Source of the DNA: Squalus acanthias
Lineage: Eukaryota
DNA length: 64,000 nt
NCBI GenBank assembly: GCA_030390025.1
Contig: CM059431.1
Location: 128,404,001 to 128,468,000, forward strand
Reading direction: 5' to 3'
The first letter of the stretch is position 1. Every line of letters starts with the position of its first letter. Below are positions 48,845 through 61,030 of this stretch, in pieces. A model generated the notes under the pieces. That model saw nothing but the letters and a program-made list of their open reading frames with translations. It made no database searches and had not been told where the DNA came from. The position numbers were made by a program, and so were the translations under genes.

Positions 48845-49487
48845 TCGATGTAGGTTATGTGGTTTAAGCCCTACGCTTGTTTTTCTCAATAACTATTTTT
48901 TCTGTTCAGATTGATAGCACACAAGACAATAACCACCATCTGAAATATAAACAGAAAATGCTGGAACGACTCAGCCAGCATCTGTGGAGAGAGAAACAGA
49001 GCTTGGGGGCAATTTTAACTACTTGTTCAGCAGAAACCTCATGGGTGGGCAGTTGAAATCGCCCTGGCTCATACCTGTCCGAAAGCCGCCATGATCGCAA
49101 CATCTGCAATTTAACCTGCTCTCCTGCGCAGGCAGCAAGGACACGCGCCCGGAGCTAACAGGGTCCTTCTTTACATATGTATGTTGTGGCCCGATGACCT
49201 CATTGAGACCTGACTGTAATTTTAACTCAGGCCTGAGCGGGAAATCCACCTGGAGTTAAAATCAAGGCTGGAATGTTTCAGGTCGATGACCTTTCATCAG
49301 AAGTCTTTCCTACACCTAATTGGGAGTTTACAAAAACAAGAAGTCACTCATGCACCACTCCATTGTTTACATCTCTAAGATTAACTGAGAATTGGTTGGT
49401 GATGGTTATTGTCTTGTGTGCTATCAATCTGAACAGATACAATGGTTACTAAGGAGAAGAACGGGTTAAACCATATGACCTATATCG
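48845..49487. repeat. Long inverted repeat (arms ~90 bp) enclosing a PLE fragment and a small MITE
   Basis: 48901-48935 is the exact reverse complement of 49403-49437 (35 bp). Imperfect pairing extends outward (taggttatgtggtttaa / ttaaaccatatgaccta). Confidence 0.8.
49272..49302 (-). ncRNA. Minimal hammerhead ribozyme core in a PLE terminal fragment (best-preserved core; helix I disrupted)
   Basis: Minus strand reads CTGATGA-A-AGGTC-ATC-GACCT-GAAAC-ATT. Mutated homologues at ~4780-4816, 11464-11499, 28594-28630 and 3627-3652. Confidence 0.65.
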
Positions 49488-51119
49488 CTAGCAATGAATA
49501 AAGTTTAAACTAGACTTTGAAACTACAACAAGCTTACTTTAAGAAACACTCCAAAGGAGGCTAGATCTGTTTCCCCGTCAGATGCTGATTTTATATGGAT
49601 GACGTGCACGCTGTGGGTGCAACCTTAGACAATGCCAATTCATTCAGCGTAGGACCTCATTTGCCTAAATATGCAATTTAAGGAGGCTTGTGCATTGCCT
49701 GTAATACACTAGAAAATTGGGGCTTATAACTAATAGACATTGAGACCAGAGTACCTTCCAGCGTTCTGTTGGTCTCCAGGTGATTAGGATACATTCAACT
49801 TTATCTATGTAGTAGAAATGAACAGCTGGGAGTTTTCTGCCGCATTTATAAAAAAGGAGTAGTTTGCAGTTTTGCATTTATGAAATTGAGTTCAAGATGA
49901 ATATAAGAATAATATAATTATTTTCCCTTGAATTGCACTATGGGATAATAGTGAAGAAACCATGAATTCATCTGAAATTCCTCTCTCTACTAATTTAGCA
50001 GAGACATGGACTCACTTATTTCAAAAGAGGAATTGAAGAGTAAGCATTCATATGCTGCTATCCAACAGTATAATTGCAGTGTCTTTAAGCATAGCTACAA
50101 ACTAACTTTTTATTACTGTCTCATCACTGTACAAAATTACATCAGTACTATGAAAGGCACTATAGGAAAGCTGGCCATTCTAAAACACACAACAATCATT
50201 CTATGAACCAAAGGGTTAATTCTTGAGCTCTGCAAAGCTGCAACTCAAAATTCTATAGAGCCCAGTGTTATCGAGATTGAGCCAGATCTCTTAAACTAAT
50301 GGAACAGTGAACTGATTAAAGTGCTATGGGTCTTATGAATGTGAAGGAGCTCTTGGGGTCACAGCCTTAGTGTCCTGAGCACTAGCAACTGAGTATCAGC
50401 AAAGATGAACTATGTGTGGCAACAGAAAGATAAATTGATAGTGAAAGATGACTCCTGGGCAGGCAGCTCTCAACTAACCCCTTCTCCTTTACAACTCTAT
50501 CTGTAGCCATCTGTTGCCTTTTTACCCAAATTCCTCTGCTCCACTTCTTAAGATCCCCATGGCAATAAATTCCTGGCCTTAGCACTACTCCGTAGCGCCA
50601 AAACGGTGGGGGCCGCTTATTCGGCCAGCTGTTGGTGGGCCTGCGGCGGCCGCCATTTTGGTCCCTACCTTTGCGGTGCCAGTAACTGGCAGCACCATCT
50701 CCAACAAAATGGCGCCATTGTGACGTAAATTGGCATGCAACACCGACGTTATGTCACAAGCGCAAACTTCGACCCTAGCGCTGAATTTAGCGCAGGTTCC
50801 TAAGCACGGCAGGTTAACCTAGCATGCAAGCAGGCTGACAGTGGTGACAGTCAACACCTCTTGAAGGAGCACACACATCGTTCAGGTAAGTTTGGATTTA
50901 AGGATTTAGACTGTTTTTTTATTTATTGAAGTGGTGGCTTGCTGCAATAGATGTGAAAAGTTTTTAAGTGTGTAGGGAGTGCTGCTGAATGCTTGCAAGG
51001 GCTCGGATGGTAAATGAAGGCCTTTGAGAAGACAGAACATGCTGCAAATACTCAGCAGGTCATGCAATATGAGTGGAGAGAAAAACAGAGTTCACATGGG
51101 AACATGGGAACATGGGAAC

Positions 51120-53025
51120 ATGGAACACATGGGAATATGATGTTGTGGCGATAACGGAGATATGGCTCAAAATAGGGCAGGATTGGGTACTAAATATTGC
51201 TGGATATAAGGTGTTCAGGAAAGATAGGGAAGGAAAGAAAGGAGGTGGGGTGGCAGTATTGATTAAGGAGAATATTATAGTGCTGGAGAGAGAGGATGTC
51301 CTGGAGGGGTCATGGACAGAATCTATTTGGTTAGAGTTGAGAAACAATAGAGGTACCATTACACAACTAGGTGTATTCTATAGGCCGCCAACTAGTGGGA
51401 AGGATATAGAGGAGCAAATTTGTAGGAAAATTACAGAGAGGTGCAAGAACTATAGAGTAGTGATAAAGGGGGTCTTCAACTATCCTAATATAGACTGGGA
51501 TAGTAATAGTGTAAAGTACAGAGAGGGGGAAGAATTTCTGAAGTGTGTTCAGGAGAACTTTCTTGATCAGTACGTTTCTGGTCCAACAAGGAAGGAGGCA
51601 TTGCTGGATCTGGTTCTAGGGAATAAGGTGGGTCAAGTATAGAATGGTTACAGTACAGAAGGAGGTCATTCGGCCCATCGAGCCCATGCCAGCTCTCTGC
51701 AAGAGCACTTCAGATAGTCCCACACTCCTGCCCTTTCCCCGTAGCCCTGCAATTTTTTTTCTTTCAGGTACTTATCCAATTCCCTTTTGAAAGCCACAAT
51801 TGAATCTGCCTCCACCACCCTTTCAGGCAGTGAATTCCAGATCCTAACCACGCGCTGTGTAAAAAAGATTTTCCTCATGTTGCCTTTGGTTCTTCTGCCA
51901 ATCACCTTAAATCTGTGTCCTCTCATTCTCGACCCTTCTGCCAATGGGAACAGTTTCTCTCTATCTTCTCTGTCTAAACCCCACATGATTTTGAACACCT
52001 CTATCAAATCTCCTTGCAAACTTCTCTGCTCTATGGAGAACAAACCCAGCTTCTCTAGTCTATCCATGTAACTGAAGTCCCTCATCCCTGGAAACATTCT
52101 TGTAAATCTTTTCTGCACCCTCTCTAAGGCCTTCACACCTTAGAGCAAGTAGAGCAAGTGTCAGTAGGGGAACATTTAGGGAACAGTGATCACAGTATCA
52201 TAAGGTTAAATTAGCTATGGAAAAGGACAGGGAGCAATCTAGAGTAAAAACACTTAATTGGAGGAAGGCAAATTTCAGTGGGTTGAGAATGGATTTGGCC
52301 CGGGTAAATTGGAATCAAAGATTGGCAGGCAAAACTGTAATCGAACAATGGGCTGCCTTTAAAGAGATGGTTCGGGTACAGTTGAGGTACATTCCCACGA
52401 GGGGGAATGGTAGGGCAACCAAAGCCAGAGCTCCCTGGATGATGAAAGAGATAGAGAGTAAGATGAAGCAGAAATAGAGGGCGTATGACAGATGTCAGGT
52501 TGAGAATACAAGTGAGACCAGGCTGAATAAAAAAAGTTCAGAGGGGAAGTGAAAAAGGAAATAAGAGGGGCAAAGAGAGAATATGAGAATAGATTGGCAG
52601 CTAACATAAAAGGGAATCCAAAAGTCTTCTATAGGCATATAAATATAAACGGGTAGTAAGAGGAGGGGTGGGGCCGATTAGAGACCAAAACGGAGACCTA
52701 TGTATGGAGGCAGAGGGCATGGCTGAGGTATTAAATGAGTACTTTACATCTGTCTTTACCAAGGAAGAAGATGCTGCCAAAGTCATAGTGAAAGAGGAGG
52801 TAGTTGAGATACTGGATAGGATAAAAATGGATAAAGAGGAGGTACTAGAAAGGCTGGCTGTACTTAAAGTAGATAAGTCACCAGGACCAGATGGGATGCA
52901 TCCTAGGATGCTAAGGGAAGTAAAGGTGAAAATCGTGGAGGTACTGGCAATAATCTTCCAATCCCCCTTGGACATAGGGGTGGTGCCAGAGGACTGGAGA
53001 ATTGCAAATGTTACACCCTTGTTCC
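51120..53025 (+). mobile_element. CR1 ORF2 fragment (AP endonuclease to start of RT), split by a minus-strand CR1 at ~51638-52140
   Basis: YDVVAITEIWL, GGGVAVLIK, GVFYRPP, FNYPNIDW, LLDLVL, followed by KSPGPDGMHPR. Confidence 0.9.
51638..52140 (-). mobile_element. Short 5'-truncated CR1 of the same subfamily as 751-1483
   Basis: KALERVQKRFTRM...; 3' UTR tagaatggttacag. Flanked by a repeated (c)aagta-like sequence. Confidence 0.9.
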
Positions 53026-56000
53026 AAACTCCAAGCCAGTACATCATGCTCTCGGGCACCCTTGCCATTGCACCCATGAGCTCAGTATGCATGTTCATCG
53101 CCTGTGTGGTCATCGCCTCCACATCGAGGTCCTCATCTGAGTCCTGTGCCGCAGAACTCATGCACGCACTCACCCTCCGGGGAGAATGCCCCCGAGCTTC
53201 GCTTTCCCCGTGGCATTGCTGCAGCCCGCTGGGTCCCGGAGCTTCACCCACATCAGACCCATGTACTAGGCTCCCCTCCAGCGACCGCGTCACCCCATTA
53301 TCGGACCTAGCGCCTTCGGGAGACACAGGCAGTGAGGCTCTGGCTTGTTCTTCCTCCTCGTCTCCTGCGTCCATGCCACTGGGAGGCTGAGAGACAGGCT
53401 GGTCAGCCGGTGGCTGATTATCTGAAAGCATAAAGGCACAAGAGTGGGGTTAAGATCAGTGGAGGGCGGCAGGAAGGGAGGAAGGAATGGAGACAGTATG
53501 CTTAGATGGAAAGTGGGAAGGGCTTGTGGTGTGAGGGGGAAGTTGTATGAGAGAAGAGGGAGAGGTGATGAATATACCGTTGTTGTCCCCAAGGAGGTCA
53601 ACGTCTCCGATGGCCACAGCGCCCACGACCTGGGCAGCTAAGATGCGGCCCACTCGCTCCTCCAGGTCTGTAAGTGGGTGCAGGTCCGCCTCACCTTCTC
53701 CCGTTCATACCTGCTCCCTCCTGTTGTGAGCAAGCTGGGCCTGCAAGAAAAAGGAAAGCATGTGAGTGAGTGTGCAGCTATGTGTTTGGCATATGTGCCT
53801 ACCATAGTTGAATGGCTGTTAATGTATGCAAGGCATGAGATGTGCATTTCACTTTTAGTAGGTGGGCATAGTTGGTGGGTGAGTGTTGGGGATGTGGCAG
53901 TTTAGACACTGTGTGCACAGAGTGAGGTTGAGATGGTGGCATGTAGAGGTTTTTGAAGCATCTACTCATGCTGACCACCTGAGTGAGGTCATTGGATTTC
54001 TTCCGGCACTGGGTGGGAGTTCTGGGGACCACACTTCTGGCCGATCACGTGCTGGGCGACCTCCCTCCACATCCTCCTAAAGGCCTGTGGCAATGGGCTC
54101 CTGTCAGTCTCCGGCAAGAGCACTGCCCGTCGGTGTTCCACGGCTGTGACCAGAGCCTCCAAGGCGTGGTTGCTGAACCGGTAAGCTCTCACTCTTTGGT
54201 CTCTGATCAGCTATCAGTTGCTTGAATGAAGACTTGCAGCTCCTTGCAGGTCCAGTTCACAAACAGCAATGATCAGAGTGAGGCTGTGCAGCATGATTGA
54301 ACCTCCCCTTTAAGAACTGGAAGGCGCCAGTCTGTCTGAGAACTCTCTAATTGACAGCGCCTGAGCTTGAGTAGCACTCTGAAGGTAGCGCTCCGCTCTG
54401 CGACATTAGCGCCCTAAGAGAAGTGTGTCGTGCTTGATTTAGAATTAATACATAATTTACAACATATATACATTCCTTTAAGGCACCAAAACCCTACAGG
54501 AAAAGTGGTCCAACTTTGGCTAACAAGAGAAGTTAAAGATAGTATTAGATCAAAGAAGAGGCTTATAATGCTGCCAAAAAGAGTAGTAAGCCTGAGGATT
54601 GAGCGGATTTTAGAATTCAGCAAAGGAGGACCAATAAATTGATAAAGAAAGGGAAAATAGAATATGAGAGTAAACTAGCAAAGACATAAAAACAGACTGT
54701 AAAAGCTTCTATAGGAAAAAGGAAAAGATTAGCCAAAGTAAATGTGGGTCCCTTACAGGCTGAGACAGGAGAAATTATAATGGGGAATAAGGAAACGGCA
54801 GAGAAATTAAACAAATACTGTGTCTGTCTTCACGGAAGAAGACGCAAAAAACTTCCTGGAAATAGTGGAGATCAAGGGTCGAGCGAGAATGAGGAGCTGA
54901 AAGAAATTAGTATTAGTTAAAAAGTAGTACTGGAGAAATTAATGGGACTGAAAGCCAATAAATCCCCTGGACATGATGGCCTACATCCTAGGGTTTTGAA
55001 AGTGGTGGCCATAGAGATAGTGGATGCATTGGTCATCATTTTCCAAAATTCCATAGATTCTTGAACGGTTCCCGCAGATTGGAAGGTAGCAAATATAACC
55101 CCACTATTTAAGAAAGGAGGGAGAGAGAAAACGGGGAACTACAGACCAGTTAGCCTGACATCAGTAGTAGGGAAAATGCTAGAATCTATTATTAAGGACC
55201 TGGTAACAGGGCACTTAGAAATAATAATAGGATTGGGCAGAGTCAACACGGATTTATGAAAGGGAAATCGTGTTTGACAAATCAGTTTGAGTTTTTTGAG
55301 GTTGTAACTAGCAGAATAGATAAGGGGGAACCAGTGGATGTGGTGTATTTGTATTTTCAGAAGGCGTTTGATAAGGTGCCACACAAGAGGTTTTTAAACA
55401 AAATTAGGGCTCATAGGGTTGGGGGTAATATACTAGCATGGATTGAGGATTGGTTAACGGACAGAAAACAGAGAGTAGGAATAAACAGGTCATTTTCGTG
55501 TTGGCAGCCTGTAACTAGTGGGGTACCACAAGGATCAGTGCTTGGGCCTCAGCTATTCACAATCTACATCAATGATTTGGATAAGGGGACCAAATGTAAT
55601 ATATCCAAGTTTGCTGATGATACAAAGCTGGGTGGGAATGTAAGTTGTGAGGAGGCTTCAAGGGGATATAGACAGGCTAAGTGAGTGGGCAAGAACATGG
55701 CAAATGGAATATAATGTGGAGAAATGTGAAGTTATCCATTTTGGTAGGAAAAATAGAAAAGCAAAGTATTTTTTAAATGGTGAGAGATTGGGAAATGTTT
55801 GTGTTCTGAGGGATCTGGGTGTCCTCGTACACGAATCACTGAATGTTAACATGTAGGTACAGCAAACAATTAGGAAAGCAAATGGTATGTTGGCCTTTAT
55901 TACAAGAGGATTTGAGTATAGGAGTAAAGACGTCTTACTGCAATTATATAGGGCCTTGATGAGACCACACTTGGATTATTGTGTACAGTTTTGGCCTCCT

Positions 56001-56660
56001 TACCTAAGGAAGGATATACTTGCCATAGAGGGAGTGCAACAAAGGTTCACCAGACTGGTTCCTGGGATGGGGGGATTGTCCTGTGAGGAGAGATTGAGTA
56101 GACTAGTCCTATATTCTCTAGAGTTTAGAAAAATGTGAGGTGTTCTCATTGAAACATACAAAATTCTTACAGGCTTGACAGGGTAGATGCAGGGAGGATG
56201 TTTCCCCTGGCTTGGGAGTCTAGAACCAGGTGTCACAGTCTCAGAATAAGGGGTCGGCCATTTAGGACTGAGTTGAGGAGAAATTTCTTCATTCAGAGGG
56301 TGGTGAATCTTTGGAATTCACTACCCTAGAGGGCTGTGGAAGCTCAGTCGTTGAGTATATTCAAGACAGAGATCGATAGATTTTTGAATATTAAGGTAAT
56401 CCAAGGGATATGGGGATAGTGCAGGAAAGTGGAGATGAGGTAGAAGATCAGCCATGATCTTATTGAATGGCGGAGCAGGCTCGAAGGGCCAAATGGCCTA
56501 CTCCTGCCTATTTCTTATGTTATGTATGATTTAGCGCTCCACTTCCCTCTTGGGGCGCTAAAACTCAATTTCATGTTCGCCGGCGCTAATTAGCATCGGG
56601 CGTTAATTTTAGTGCCCAGGCGGTGTTAGTGCCCCAAAATGCCGCACCTACACACCAACT
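53025..56660 (-). mobile_element. Harbinger H5, left half (H2-related): Myb gene exons ~54200-53970, 53740-53575, 53421-53025; terminal region 56530-56660 displaced by a CR1
   Basis: RFSNHALEALVTAVEHRRAVL...WREVAQ, RTPTQCRKKSNDL and QAMNMHTELMGA, as in H2. 56530-56650 is the reverse complement of the H2 left subterminal region. Confidence 0.8.
54415..56528 (+). mobile_element. 5'-truncated CR1 LINE
   Basis: KGKSCLTN..EFFE, FQKAFDKVPH, GVPQGSVLGP, FADDTKLGG. Tail tttcttatgttatg. Confidence 0.92.
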
Positions 56661-57346
56661 TCCAGTTGGATGCCTCCAGCAATGCCACCGGGACGGCGTT
56701 GCATGACGGGTAAGCGCTGCACCAACAATCTCCATCACCCCCAGATGAATTTTGCTCCATTAGCATTGCGGCCATTTTCAGTGGTCGTTAACTTCAGTTG
56801 CCAGTGACACCGGCAACTTTCTGGCTAACTCGAATTTCTTCCCCCCCTCGTCCCTAATAGTAGGTGCATTTTAGCCCAAACTATAAGTTCAAGCTACAAG
56901 TTTAAAGTTATTGCCCAACCCCCTGACCCTGCTTATTCTGTGCTTTTATTGAGCTCTTTTCAATTGCTTGAACTCAGTTCAAATTTGACTTTGCAGCTCC
57001 TGGATTCCTATGCCATAAGGACTGTGCTGGTCTGTCGGATTACACCATAAGACTTAGCTACCTTGACTCTGCTACTCAGTCGCTTCAAGTTTTAAAGTAA
57101 CATGTTTTAGCCTATGGTGCCCAACCCCCCACCTGTTGCCATTACTTGCTGAGCTTCAGAACTATGCTTTAATGCACTGCTGGCTTCTCAGCTTTACATT
57201 GCTGCTGTTTTGGGTCCTAGATAGAAATTCACTCTCTTCTGGGCTCAAGTCCATTCCTTAACTAGCTGGTCAATGTGGGTCAGCGAGCACAGGGATAATG
57301 TGTGAGTGGGACTTTGTGTGGGTTAGGATACAGGCAGCAGAGTTCC

Positions 57347-57830
57347 ATAAGAAATAAGAACATAAGAAATAGGAGCAGGAGTAGGCCACTTGGCCCCTCG
57401 AGCCTGCTCCGCCATTCAATAAGATCATGGCTGACCTTGGGCTCAAAGCCACTTCCCCACCCGTTCCCCATAACCCTTCACTCCCTTATCTTGCAAAAAC
57501 CTGTCTATCTCCACCTTAAATGTATTTAATGACCCAGCCTCCACGACTCTCTGGGGCAGAGAATTCCACAGATTTACGACCCTCTGAGGGAAGAAATTCC
57601 TCCTCATCTCAGTTCTAAAAGGGCGACCCTTTATTCTAAAACTGTGCTCCCGAGTTCTAGATTTCCCCACGAGGGGAAACATCCTCTCTGCATCTACCTT
57701 GTCGAGCCCCCTCAGTATCATATGTTTCAATAAGATCACCTCTCATTCTTCTAAATTCCAATGCGTATAGGCCCAATCTGCTCAACCTTTCTTCAAAAGT
57801 CAACCCCTCATCTCAGGAATCAACCGAGTG
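57347..57830 (-). mobile_element. CR1 3' fragment
   Basis: Tail reads ataagaaataagaacataagaaatagg; FRTEMRRNFF..RVVNLWNSLP. Confidence 0.9.
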
Positions 57831-60800
57831 AGCCCGAGGTGCAGGTAGGCCCCACAGCAGCAGCAGCAGCGGCGGCAGTGCGGACCTGGGAGGAGCGGCG
57901 AGGCGGTGGCGGTACCAACTCAGCACCGGCAGAATTTTCAAATAGTGACGTCAGAAGTCAAAAGTGATGTCGGCACAAGGGGAGGGAGCTGATTGGTGAG
58001 TATCTGGTAAGTGTTTATATTTGGCTTTCTTAAAGTTTTAAGTTTATTCCAGCTAGTTTAGTAAATTAGAGATTAATTAGAGGTATGGCAGGGCAGCTCA
58101 CACCCGTGGAATGCACATCCTGTGCCATGTGGGAAGTCCTGGACACCTCCCGTGGTCTGGACGACCACATGTGCGGGAACTGTCGCCAGCTACAGCAGCT
58201 CGAGCACCGGGTTACGGAGCTTGAGCGGCGGCTGCAGTCACTGCTGTGCATCCACGAGGCTGAGAGCTATGTGGATAGCACGTTTCGGGAGGTGGTCACC
58301 CCGCAGCTTAAGAGTGTGCAGGCAGAGAGGGAATGGGTGACCGCCAGACAGAAGAGGAGGACCAGGCAGGTAGTGCAGGAGTCCCCTGAGCCCATCGTGC
58401 TCACCAACTAGTATTAGGTGCTGCGTACTGGTGAGGGGGATGGTTCCTCTGGGGAGTGCAGCCAGAGCCAAGTCCACAACACCATGGAAGGCTCAGCTGC
58501 ACAGGGGGGGCGGAAGAGGAGAGGGAGAGCAATAGTGATAAGGGATTCAATAGTTAGGGGAGCAGGCAGGTGTTTCTGTGGCCGCAGACGTGATCTAGGA
58601 TGATATGTTGCCTCCCTGGTTCCAGGGTCAAGGATATCAACGAACGGCTGCAGGGCATTCTGAGGGGGGAGGGTGAACAGTCAGAGGTCGTAGTCATAGT
58701 CCAACGACATAGGTAGAATGAGGGATGAGGTCCTGCAGGCATAGTTTAGGGAGCTAGGAAAGAGGTTAAAAAGCAAGACCTCAAAGGTAGAAATCTCCGG
58801 ATTACTACCAGTGCCACGTGCTAGTGAAGAAATAGGAAGATAGAGCAGATGAATGCGTGGCTGGAGAGATGGTGTAGGAGAGAGGGCTTTAGATTCCTGA
58901 GGAATTGGAACCATTTCTGCGGGAGGTGGGACCTCTACAAGCCACACGAGTTGCACCTCAACGGGAACGGGACCAATATCCTCGCGGGAGGGTTTGCTAG
59001 TGCTGTTGGGGAGGGTTTAAACTAGTTTGGCAGGGGGATGGGAACCGAAGAGTAGAGTCAGTAGGGAGGGAAGAAAAACTGGAATTGGAAAACAAAAACA
59101 TAGAAAGTAATTTGGAAGGACAGAGGAATCAAGGGCTAGATAGTAGTCAACAAGGAGGTTTGCCTGTACTAAATGGTATATACTTCAATGCAAGGTGTAT
59201 AGCGAACAAGGCAGATGAACTGAGGGCACAGGTAGATACTTGGGACTATGATATTATAGCTATTACAGAGACGTGGCTGAAAGAGGGGCAGGTATGGCAG
59301 CTCAACATTCCTGGTTACAGGATTTTCAGATGGGATAGAGAGGGAGGTAAAAAGGGAGGGGGGGGGTCGCGGTATTGATTAAAGAAACGTTTACAGCTGT
59401 GAGGAGGGATGATATGTTGGAGGGATCATCAAACGAGACCATATGGGTCGAATTGAAAAACAAAAAAGGGGCAATCACACTGCTGGGACTGTACTATAGA
59501 CCCCCAAACAATGAGAGGGAGATAGAAGAGCAAATATGTAGACAAATTTCTGAGAAGTGCTAAAACTATAGGGCAGTAATAGTAGGGGATTTCAACTACC
59601 CCAATAGTAACTGGGATAAAATCAGTGTGAAGGGTAAAGAGGGTGCGGAATTCCTAAAATGCATCCAGGAGAACTTTTTTAGCCAGTATGTAGCAAGCCC
59701 AACAAGGGAGGGGGCGGTTCTGGACTTAGTTTCAGGGAATGAAGCTGGGCAGGTAGAAGGCGTATCAGTGGGGGAGCATTTTGGTGCTCGTGACCATAAT
59801 TCTGTTAGATTTAAGGTAGTTATGGAAAAGGACAAGGATAGGCCAGGAATAAAAATTCTAAATTAGGGAAAGGCATATTTTGCTGAGCTCAGAGGGGATT
59901 TAGTCATAGTGGACTGGAAACAGCTACTTGAAGGTAAATCAGTGTCAGAGCAGTGGGAGGCATTCAAGGAGGAGATCCGGAGGGTTCAGACCAAATATGT
60001 GCCCTCAAAGAAAAAAGGTGGGACTAACAAATCTAGAGCCCCTGGAGGTCTAGGGACATACAGGGTAGGATAAAGAAAAAAAGGGAGGCATATGACAGAT
60101 ACCGAGGGCTAAATACTCCAAAATCTTTAGAGGAGTACAGAAAGTGCAGGGGTGCAATTAAAAAGGATATTAGGAAAGCAAAGAGAGAGCATGAAAAATT
60201 CTTGGCAAGTAAAATCAAGGAAAACCCAAAGATGTTTTATAAATATATTAAGAGTAAGAAGATAACTAAAGAAAAGGTAGGGCCTATTAGAGATCATGAG
60301 GGTAATCTGTGTGTGGAGGCGGGAGATGGCGGTAGGGTTCTTAATGAATACTTTGCGTCTGTTTTCACAAAGGAGAGGGGCGAAGCAGACATTGCTATCA
60401 GGGAGGAGGAGTGTGAAATATTAGATGAAATAAACATAGTGAGAGAGGAAGTATTAAGGGGTTTAGCAGCTTTAAAAGTGGATAAATCCCAAGGCCTGGA
60501 TGAAATGTATCCCAGGCTGTTAAGCAAAGCAAAGGAGGAAATAGCAGAGGCCCTGAGGATCATTTTCCAATCCTCTCTGGCTTCAGGTGTGGTGCCGGAG
60601 GACTGGAGGACTGCTAATGTGGTAACCTTGTTTAAAAAGGGAGAAAAGGATAGACCGAGTAATTACAAGCCAGCCAGCCTAACCTTGGTGGTGAGAAAAT
60701 TATTGGAAAGAATTCTGAAGGACAGGATAAATCTTCATTTTGAAAGACACGGATTAATCAAGGATAGTCAGCACGGATTTGTTAAGGGAAGGTCGTGTCT

Positions 60801-61030
60801 GACAAACTTGATTGAATTTTTTGAGGAGGTAACAAGGAGGGTAGATGAGGGTAGTGCATTTGATGTAGTGTATATGGACTTTAGCAAGGCTTTTGATAAG
60901 GTTCCACATGGCAGACTGGTCACGAAGTTAAAAGCCCATGGGATCCAGGGCAAAGTGTCAAGTTGGATTCAAAACTGGCTCGGAGGCAGGAAGCAGAGGG
61001 TAATGGTTGATGGGTGTTTTTGTGACTGGT
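57831..61030 (+). mobile_element. CR1 LINE with intact 5' end (5' UTR, ORF1, endonuclease, RT N-half), 3'-truncated
   Basis: GC-rich UTR, ORF1 from 58085, YFNARCIANK..EL endonuclease start at ~59180, RT up to KQRVMVDG. Confidence 0.92.
58085..59025 (+). pseudogene. CR1 ORF1: zinc finger, leucine zipper and SGNH esterase, with stops and frameshifts
   Basis: CTSCAMW...HMCGNC, heptad Leu repeat, IVI(R)DSIVRG, CCLPG.RV.DI, LHLN. Confidence 0.85.

Larger units (their letters stand above)
44850..48845 (-). pseudogene. hAT-superfamily transposase relic (48845-48060 and 45160-44850), split by a CR1
   Basis: KKCVSESTDGMSDMSRQYDG resembles C..Q.YDGA.NMSG. HVLNL and IRWW motifs follow, then KKMPGE..HDE and MDTALSSLTNQF downstream. 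Confidence 0.7.

Noticed and set aside
51094..51136. (ACATGGGA)n repeat giving the WEHGNMGTWNTW start of the 189-aa ORF
   Set aside because: It is a short octamer microsatellite at a PLE/CR1 junction, not a real N-terminus.
52601..53431. Overlapping 276-aa and 240-aa ORFs
   Set aside because: Both span the junction between Harbinger Myb exon 3 (-) and CR1 ORF2 (+), so they are chimeric artefacts.
50568..56847. One large MITE enclosing the CR1 and H5 pieces (ends ggcaataaattc / gaatttcttcccc)
   Set aside because: The termini match weakly and I could not establish a TSD.
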